Assembly (NCBI RefSeq): GCF_006345805.1
Contig: NC_043004.1
Location: forward strand, 84,630,001 to 84,694,000
Reading direction: 5' to 3'
DNA from: Octopus sinensis
Taxonomy: Eukaryota
DNA length: 64,000 nucleotides
The notes beneath the pieces are model-generated. The model ran no database searches. It was not told the origin of the DNA and saw nothing but the letters and a program-made list of their open reading frames with translations. Every line of letters starts with the position of its first letter. Position 1 is the first letter of the stretch. This document shows positions 55,206 to 64,000 of this stretch, one piece after another. Made by a program: the position numbers and the translations under genes.

Positions 55206-56518
55206 TGTATGTATGAATAAGAATGTCTTACAGAATGTTCTACAATATTACACGTGGAGAATTCTTCAAGTGCTTCTTCTCTATCGACAGTTTCCATTAG
55301 TTTATTGTTGTTATTATAGTTATTATTATTCTAACTGTTGAATAAATGAAAGTAAGCAGAGCCATAATCAACGACATTTTGTATATAAGATATCATTTTC
55401 CCTTTTTATTTCAAAGAGATTATCTTGGAATAAGTTAGGGGTGTCATACCCATTTGGGTTTTGTAATGTATGATACAAATTGTAGGTTCTTCTATTTTTG
55501 TCCAAATATAATATTCAACGTTTATTTTCTTTCGTTATTTCGCAACTCAGTAGCAATTTCTACTGCTAGAAAGTACCAATTTCATAACATCTGCAGATGT
55601 GTACCACTTTCACAATGATTGTCAAGCTAGAAACATAATAATTAATTCCTTTTCAACAATCTCCATAATATCTTCAGTTGATTGTATGCCTTGATCCCCG
55701 TTTTACGTCTAAATATGATTTTGGTTGTTTCGCATCTAAATATTTAAAATACAATAAATTTTCTACAAATCAGATGGGCTTACATATGCATTGTGTTCCT
55801 CTTGGCAAATAGTAAACTTTACTCTTCCCTTGGTTTGTACTTTTCCTTTATCATCTTGTTCAGTTTTGTCTTATATTGGACGTGCATTCTATCTTACCAT
55901 TTGTAATTAATTTTTCGTTTATTTAATACTTTGCCATATTGTTTCACCATTATCTTCACATGTGCCATCTTGCTTAGTTTCAGATTACATTCGCTACTTT
56001 TTTACAAAACAGAAAATATTTCTTCTACGTTTGTCCACAAATTTTATATTTTCTTAATACTCTTGTATATTTTACTGTAAATATTTGCTTTTCATTACTT
56101 TGTAATTGCAGATAAACCTTTATTCTGAAAAACAAAATACGTCAGTGTCAATGCTATGGTTGTGTAATCCGAACGCAATTATTATTTTTCTTCTCTTCTT
56201 CGCACACTTTGTAATCGATTTTCGGTTTCCACTTGCTAATATTAGCACCTATTTCTGAAGCACAAAATTAGTCATGTATATTACTTAACAATTGGCATTT
56301 ATCTCTCTTCCAAAATTTTCATTTAAAATTCCTAATCTCTTTTTTATTTTCATTTTGCTTTTTCATTTGCGCAGGTTTTAGTCTGTTATTAATTCTTAAT
56401 TATTTGTAAGTATACGTTCGATCTCTTTCTATAATCAGTACGTCTTTAAGATAACATTACTGACTTTTTATGCTTTTTTATGTCATCACACATTCCCTGG
56501 AGGAATATTCTAAACGAA

Positions 56519-56908
56519 GTGGAGGCGCATTGGCCCAGTGGTTAGGGCAGCGGACTCGCGGTCATAGGACCGTGGTTTCGATTCCCAGACCGGGCGTTGT
56601 GAGTGTTTATTGAGCGAAAACACCTCAAAGCTCCACGAGGCTCCGGCAGGGGTTGGTGGTGATCCCTGCTGTACTCTTTCACCACAGCTTTCTCTCACTC
56701 TTACTTCCTGTTTCTGTCGTACCTTTATTTTCAAGGGGCCAGCCTTGTCACTCTCTGTGTCACGCTGAATATCCCCGAGAACTACGTTAAGGGTGCACGT
56801 GTCTGTGGAGTGCTCAGCCACTTACACGTTAATTTCACGAGCAGGCTGTTCCGTTGATTCGGATCAACCAGAACCCTCATCGTCGTAACCGACGGAGTGC
56901 TTCCACCG
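56519..56908 (+). mobile_element. tRNA-derived SINE family C, full length
   Basis: A-box TGGCCCAGTGG and B-box GTTTCGATTCC. Body is shared with 21858 and 24858. Confidence 0.92.
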
Positions 56909-57513
56909 CCACATTCTAAACGAAATTGCATAGCTAGTTTTCTAATGAATCAGTTGATCTTATTCAAAGTTGTATTTCATTTGTAACATACAAATGGTTA
57001 ATCTGATCTTTATTGATTAGATACTTGAGTATTATTTGCTAAAACGTGTATCATTTCCCACTCCTGTTTGATATCTTGTCTATAGGTGTTAAAGTCATAT
57101 GAACGTGGAATGTAGAAAGTCGCTTTATTTATAATATTTATCATCTGACAAGATGGCTTTCATTCTTTAAAAATGTGTGTGTAATTGTAATTGATTTCGC
57201 TATTATATTTAGTATCACTGTTGAGATTTCCAGCATATGATACATCTTAATGCACCAGAGGATGCTCAAAATCTGATATACACAAGTGGCAATGTTCTGT
57301 GGACATAGGTTCCGTATTGTTCAGGTTAAAACAGGAGTTAATGCTAAATCAGACGTCTAGATATTTTTTCTCAAAATGTGACAGACATAAAGTAACTCTA
57401 CGAATCTTGAACAGGGGAAAAAAAAGACAATTATAAAAAGGATGTCCCGAAAAGCTGATACCAAGATTCAGGAATGAATTATTGCATGCGTGTGCAAAAT
57501 TATGCGAGTGTTA

Positions 57514-57906
57514 TCTTTATATATAAAAGAGAGGTTGTGTGCTGTCTGTCTCCAACGATTTAGATTCCTAACTACTCCCACATTTTGCGGTAGAGTGTAA
57601 CCAAAACCGAGTATCTTATAATTGTGTTTCATATCGAGCCCTTCTGGGTATTAACGCGCGTCTACGATGAGTCTACGATTTAAAAAAAAATTACCATCAA
57701 TTTTTCCCATTTTTTAATGCATTTTAGGCATATATAAGGGAAGTAACTCTCTAAAAAGTTATTAAATCTCAGAACATAAAGAGCTACAGTAACACGCCCC
57801 CTTTGTGGTTAGCCATATTGAGATGGCTATTATACTTTACATCTCTAAAAATGCTTATATAGTTATTTCCCTTACAAACCCGAGCAACGCCGGGCGATAC
57901 TGCTAG
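57514..57906 (+). mobile_element. Complete non-autonomous Helitron
   Basis: Inserted between A (57513) and T (57907). 5' TC; 3' hairpin CCCG-agcaacgc-CGGG (57879-57894) followed by CTAG (57903-57906). Confidence 0.88.
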
Positions 57907-58458
57907 TCTTCTATATAACAAACTCGTGGTTACTATCAGTGGCAGAGGTAAATTTAATCACTCAAGAAAATCTTTTCACAAATTTAGTGTTACTAGTTTT
58001 ATAGTTTAAATTATGATGACGGCAACGACGATAAAGATGATTATGATTATGATGATGATGATAATGATGATGATGATGATGATGATGATGATGTATGTAG
58101 CAATATTAGTAGTAATGATAATAAATATAGTAATAAAAAAACAATTGCAATGAAAAAATTACGCCTCTTTCTAACGGAGTCTTATTGACATGATATCTTG
58201 TGGGGACAGGTGTCAATTATATCCACCCCGTATATTTTTCTCGTATTTATTATAGGTACCAGTGGAAAAATAATTTCGATCTTCTTGGTAATCAAGGAAA
58301 TTGAGTGAAACAATCACTATAAAGATTGTATTACGCTCTGCCGATTATTAAATTCATTTTTCATTTTTCAATTTAGCGACAGCGAAATCATAAATAATAA
58401 TAATAACACGGACAACAACAATAATAACAATTACATTATTATTATTATCATCATCATC

Positions 58459-58497
<39 letters not shown>

Positions 58498-58573
58498 GGT
58501 AGTAGTAGCAGTATCATTGTTGTTGCTAGTATTAATATTCTTACCATCATCATTGATAATAAGTATTAAAAAT

Positions 58574-58618
<45 letters not shown>

Positions 58619-58752
58619 AACTAATAATAATAATAATAATAATGATAACAACAACAACAAGCTTGTATTATCTCTCATTTGGAAACTAAGGATCTTCAAA
58701 TTTGGAATATTGTTTTCACAAATATAAAATGATGGGTAGAACAAATTAGTAT

Positions 58753-58836
<84 letters not shown>

Positions 58837-59070
58837 GTATGTATGTATGTATATGGATATAGATATATACATATACAGATACATAATATGTATATTTCAA
58901 ACAATGAGTAATGATGGCTTTTTTTAGGTATAATTTTTATTTTAATAATAATGTTTACAGTGAGTTACTCTGTTATGAGTTTCAAGCTTGGAATAGCCGT
59001 CTTCAAACTGGAAAATGTGTGAGTCACTGGTTGCTGAAATGGCCCAAAAACATGTGTCTATAAGAAGACG

Positions 59071-59170
<100 letters not shown>

Positions 59171-59223
59171 GTATACATATATATATACACATATATGTAT
59201 ATATATATATATATATATATTGA

Positions 59224-59309
59224 TGCAGTACCACCGTTTCAAGCGACTCCATTTAATTGAAAAATGTAATCATTACATCAATCTAAATGCACGGCTATCA
59301 TCAGCTGCA
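59224..59309 (-). ncRNA. Type I hammerhead ribozyme with intact core and long stem II
   Basis: Minus strand: stem I TGCAG/CTGCA; core CTGATGA (59304-59298); stem II AGC/GCT extended by CATTTA-g-ATTGA/TCAATTAAATG and TGTAA/TTACA; GAAA (59240-59237); stem III AC-GGTG-GT; cleavage after GUA (59229). Confidence 0.75.
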
Positions 59310-59807
59310 CAAATAAATAGAATTTTAATCAACGGGACAAATAAGTAGAATCTTCATCAGTCGGACGTATTAATATATATTTTACTCAAATATTTTAACA
59401 GAGCAAGAAAATGGAAGAAACCTATGTTGTCGTTAATGTAGTTAATAATTTGCTATAGGTAGGTGTGTCCCAATTTTCTCCTGTCTTGTGCTTAAAGGGA
59501 TCACTTATGCAATGAAACACACTTACTTGCATAATACCGTAGGCTGTGTTGCTTCTAAGACTGGTTGGTTAACCGTTATGGGAATCCTGAACAGATAAGA
59601 GCATTAGTGCTTGAGAATTTATGCTCTCCGCTATTTGTTCCGACTCCCCAGCAAATGAATTTATATCGCATCCAGTTAAGCTGTGCCTTTCATCGATACG
59701 CATCCAAAAAAATAAAATACCAGTCATACATCGCAATCGGAGTAACCAGATACTTTAACTTAGGTTACAATCCTGCTTGATAAAATTCATTAATTCTCCC
59801 TCCCAGA

Positions 59808-59855
<48 letters not shown>

Positions 59856-60469
59856 TCTCTCTCACTCACTCTCTATGCGTATGCGTGTGATAGTATTTCT
59901 GTTGATATCGAAAACTTCGTTGAAAATCGTGTTTTGAATCGTGTTTTTTTTTCTAGAAATACTTCTTGCCCTTCGCAAAAAATTGTTAATTTAATCTTCT
60001 ATTATTTTGCTCCATTAATGAATTCGATTAAACTTTCTTTGAGTGCGCATTCATACCATCAAATGCCAAGTGTAAACATGACAAACAAAAGCAACCCTGA
60101 CATGTATATTCTGGAAACACCAGAGTGTTTAAAATAGCAAGCTTTTAATGCAGTTTCATGATAATGCCTCTCCACACAGTGTAGAGCTATTAATCAGGTC
60201 GTTAGAAAATTCCACAATATAGGTATTAACTCGTGGGGGGTATTACAAAGCGTCTTAGAAGAGGACGGATATCAACAGGTAAAATACTAAGTAGATCCCG
60301 AAGGAGAAGACAGAAGGTGGATCTTGAAGGGGAGGTTCAAGGCAAACGTTTGCTATTGAAACGAACTGCATTTTCATCAATGCCAGCACTCGGCAGACAC
60401 TTTAATGCATCACTGCGAACGGAAGAAAAGCAAACTGATTTCGAAAAGAGCAAGACAAAAAAATACCTT

Positions 60470-60496
60470 TACTACTACCACCCCAAACACCACCAA

Positions 60497-60546
<50 letters not shown>

Positions 60547-60602
60547 CTCTACTACTACTACTACTACTGCTGCTGCTGGTGCTGCTGCTGCTGGTGCTGC
60601 TG

Positions 60603-60663
<61 letters not shown>

Positions 60664-60809
60664 AACTACTGCTGCTGCTGCTACTACTGCACTGCTACTA
60701 CTACTACTCTACTACTACTACTACTACTACTACTAATAATAATAATAATAATAACAATGATGATGATGATAATAATAATAATAATAACAACAACAATAAT
60801 AATAATAAC

Positions 60810-60840
<31 letters not shown>

Positions 60841-60845
60841 ATAAC

Positions 60846-60899
<54 letters not shown>

Positions 60900-60945
60900 C
60901 ATAATAATAATAATAATAACAATAATAATAATGGTAACAATAATG
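60470..60945. repeat. (ACT)n/(GCT)n/(AAT)n compound microsatellite
   Basis: Direct observation. A further CAT/CAC compound tract lies at ~62010-62410. Confidence 0.97.
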
Positions 60946-61208
60946 ACAAGAGCACACAGAGAGCGAAAATCTCCGCAAACACAACACCAACGTCGTCTCA
61001 AAGATTAGCCAGAGATGATTTTTTTTAATTGAGAATATCTGAAATAAACCCGACTGCTCTCACATACGAGAATAAAAATGACCCCGACCGCTCTCAAAAA
61101 TTTAAGTTAAAAAAAAATCTGGACAAATAATCGGAAATCCTTTTCCGGATCTCGAACCGGCTGTGCCAAAAACACACACACATACACCCTGTAACACTGC
61201 CAAGCTAG

Positions 61209-61526
61209 GTATTTCTGGAAGTTACCAATCGTCCCCGGCTCGAAAGTCCTCCCGAACAGACTGGTCAGTTCGACTTCGTCAACAACTAGCGTCACTACAA
61301 GTGCGTCATCGTTCTTTCCCTCCAATAACTCTCCTATAGAACTCCAGAGTGGAAGTCCCACTGATCGCATTGTCCGACTAGTAGAGGGCAGTGAGTGCTT
61401 AGCAACATTCCAGGTGCCAATGAACCTGTATCGGTCTCTTCTTAAACCAGCCCTGCGGCTCAGTCAAGGAGACGAGGTGGCGAAAGCCTGTGTGACAAAC
61501 GGCGACCACACCTGTTTTCCATTTAG
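61209..61526 (+). CDS. Candidate host exon in a CpG-rich unique segment (product unknown)
   Basis: Frame is stop-free from 61195 to 61527 (YFWKLPIVPGSK..SSTSSTTSVTTS..LVEGSECLATFQVPMNLYRSLLKPALRLSQGDEVAKACVTNGDHTCFPF). Possible AG acceptor at 61207-08 and TAG|GTAGTA donor give a 318-nt phase-2/2 exon. The acceptor pyrimidine tract is weak. Confidence 0.35.
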
Positions 61527-63221
61527 GTAGTATATCAGGAGATGTCACTTACGTTTCGAATTGTAACACTAAAATGGCGCTGAAAGCTTGATTGTGGAAG
61601 AAGGTGTAATTCCAGAATCTTACAATTCTCGTCTACCACAGTGTCTCTTTAGCCATTTAGCCACATACTCTATTTTTCTAAAGGTAGGTGGTGTGGTGAT
61701 CCTGAAAGTAGTATATCTGTCATTAGTATCAATATCGTACGTGAAATTGGCATTAACGTTGTCAGAATACATAGCGTTGAAATTGGAATTATAAAAAAAT
61801 TAACACTTGGAAATGCATTTCTTAACTAAAATTAAGCTAAATCACCAGGGGTAAAACGAAATTCCCCGCTCTTCTCTTGCTGAAAATACGAGTTTACCGT
61901 TAGTCAATGCAATTCTCACGAAGAATTGAATTCCTTTCTTCCATTTTATTTTCAATTCGCTCACCCACACGCACAAGACATCTAAAAAAATTGCCAAATA
62001 AAAGTACATTGTCTACCACCACCATCATCATCATCATCATCACCATTAACATCATCATCATCATCATCATCATTATCATCATCATCATCATCATCATCAT
62101 TATCGTCATTATCATCACAGTATTCATCATCAGCAACACCACCAGCACCACCAGCACCACCAGCACCACCATTGCCAGCATCTTCAATGTAACCATCATC
62201 ATCTCATCATCATGACTGCCGCCACACATACAAACAGTACTACCAACAACACCACCATCAACATCATCATCATAATCATGATCACAACAGCTGCCGCCAC
62301 CACCAACACAACCACCACCAACATCGCCACCACTACCACCATCATCATCATTATCGTCATGATCGTCAAAGTCATCATCATCATCAGCAGCAGCAGCAGC
62401 AGCACAGCCACCTTCCCAGTCGTCGTCAAGAATATAGCAACATTGAAAACAGAATGTACAGCAATCTAATAACGAAGATGATTGTGAAGTTGATAATTCC
62501 CAATATCGATCCGTCTAACATTTCCATGGTTTCTCGCTTTCCATCAACCAATGAAATATAGTATTTATATATTTAATTCAATTTTAATACCTGACATAAC
62601 ATAATTACAATAAGATAATTAAATAAATAAATAATTAATAACAAATATAGAAAACAGAATTTAATTGAAACAATTTCTATCAAAGACTATAAAGGCGAAA
62701 AAGCAGAGAATAATCAAAGAAAAAAAAATAGACGTCAGATAATTAACGACGGTGAAAAATTAAACTATATGTGTATTTAAATATCGCTTAGATATGAGAT
62801 GAAAGAAACATGGCAAAATGTTATATCTGATATACAGAAATAGAAGGAGGAGTGTTTATGACATATCAAAGACTACCATAGGAGAATTTAAATGAAATGC
62901 GTTGGATTCAATGTTTCTGTAGATTTAGTAAAATGATTTTAAATATGCCACTTTAAGTCTCTTAAATTTTTTATGACCACTGAGCTGATTTGCGTTTCAA
63001 CCTTTCAAATGAACGCTTAGTAAATGAATACCAGTAATATGTACTAGTAATATGTAATATGTACTGATGAAGGTAATTTAATTTTCACGTAAATCATAAA
63101 CTAATTTTGAAACAAACTTATCTTAGAAGCATCAGTACGATACATTTTCAAGAAGAGAGCACTCACAAATGAACAAGAGAAAGCCATACGGAGCACAAAG
63201 ATGGAAAGAAATATTCTTCTC

Positions 63222-63615
63222 TATTCTTGGCACAAGGCCCGAAATTTTGTAGTGCAATGGTCCAGTTCATTAGATCAATCTCAGTACGAAACTGTTACTT
63301 AATTTATCGACCACAAAAGGATTAACGGCAAAGTCGACCTTGGTGGAATTTGAACTCAGAACGTACAGACACACGAACGACCAATTTCTGTACTACCCAC
63401 AAGGGGCTAAACATAGAGAGGTCAAACAAGGACAGACAAAGAGAGTAAGTCGATTACATCGACCTCAGTGCGTAGCTGGTACGTATTTAATCGACATTGA
63501 AGGGATGAAAAGCAAAGTCGAAGTCGGCGGAATTTGAACACAGAATGTAGCAGCAGCCGAACTACCGCTAAGCATTTTATCCGACGTGCTGACGTTTCTG
63601 TCAGCTGGCCGCCTT
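63222..63615 (-). mobile_element. Dimeric SINE family A
   Basis: Same two-monomer plus linker layout as 54811-55205. Confidence 0.88.
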
Positions 63616-63764
63616 TTTGAAAAAAAAATTCTTTCATGAGAATATTACAGAGGAAATCTACGTAATAGTACGTAGATTGTGTGGTATATGCGCAATAATT
63701 CTTGTGTGTATACGTTTTACGAGGTCCGTGCATACATTTATGCGTGACTATGTATATGCATATA

Positions 63765-63834
<70 letters not shown>

Positions 63835-63884
63835 CACACATATATATACATGTATATGGATATGTACATATATGTGTATATATG

Positions 63885-63946
<62 letters not shown>

Positions 63947-64000
63947 TGTATACATGCATATGGATATGTACATATATGTGTATATATGTATATACATATA

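Noticed and set aside
55740-56400. Possible L1/Tx1 zinc-finger/3' relic on the minus strand
   Set aside because: Only hints (KVCEEE, LWTNVEENIF) among many stops; insufficient to call.
56519-56600. tRNA genes at SINE heads (also 7575, 19175, 45080)
   Set aside because: A/B boxes are present, but there is no complete cloverleaf and they continue into SINE bodies.
61380-61520. HDV-like ribozyme in the CpG-rich segment (GGC-GAAA-GCC hairpin, CCTCG, GCTAA)
   Set aside because: Could not assemble P1/P2/P3 pairings on either strand.

Overview
AT-rich, microsatellite-saturated eukaryotic DNA. It is most likely intronic or intergenic sequence from an octopod cephalopod; this is inferred from the SINE families and the (AT)n/(AAT)n load and was not verified. 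I found no confidently identifiable intact host gene, no rRNA, no true tRNA and no CRISPR. Almost all ORFs in the supplied track are translations of microsatellites. Recognisable content is decayed mobile DNA: a mariner transposase relic; a ~3 kb Penelope-like element (RT + GIY-YIG); a CR1/L2-type LINE relic; several RTE LINE relics; a nest of R4/Dong-like RLE retrotransposon 3' ends in (TAA)n arrays; two Helitron-type non-autonomous elements; a pogo/Tigger-like MITE; and about 20 tRNA-derived SINE copies of four families. The most interesting signal is a set of unrelated type I hammerhead-ribozyme (HHR) motifs. One has an intact core (59224-59309, minus), one is a minimal HHR with a palindromic stem III (20538-20583), and one lies in a 349-bp directly repeated, hairpin-rich retrozyme-like unit (21298-21729). 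Two more lie in a fixed-length ~190-bp element inserted in (AAT)n. A CpG-rich unique segment at 61100-61530 is the best host-exon candidate.
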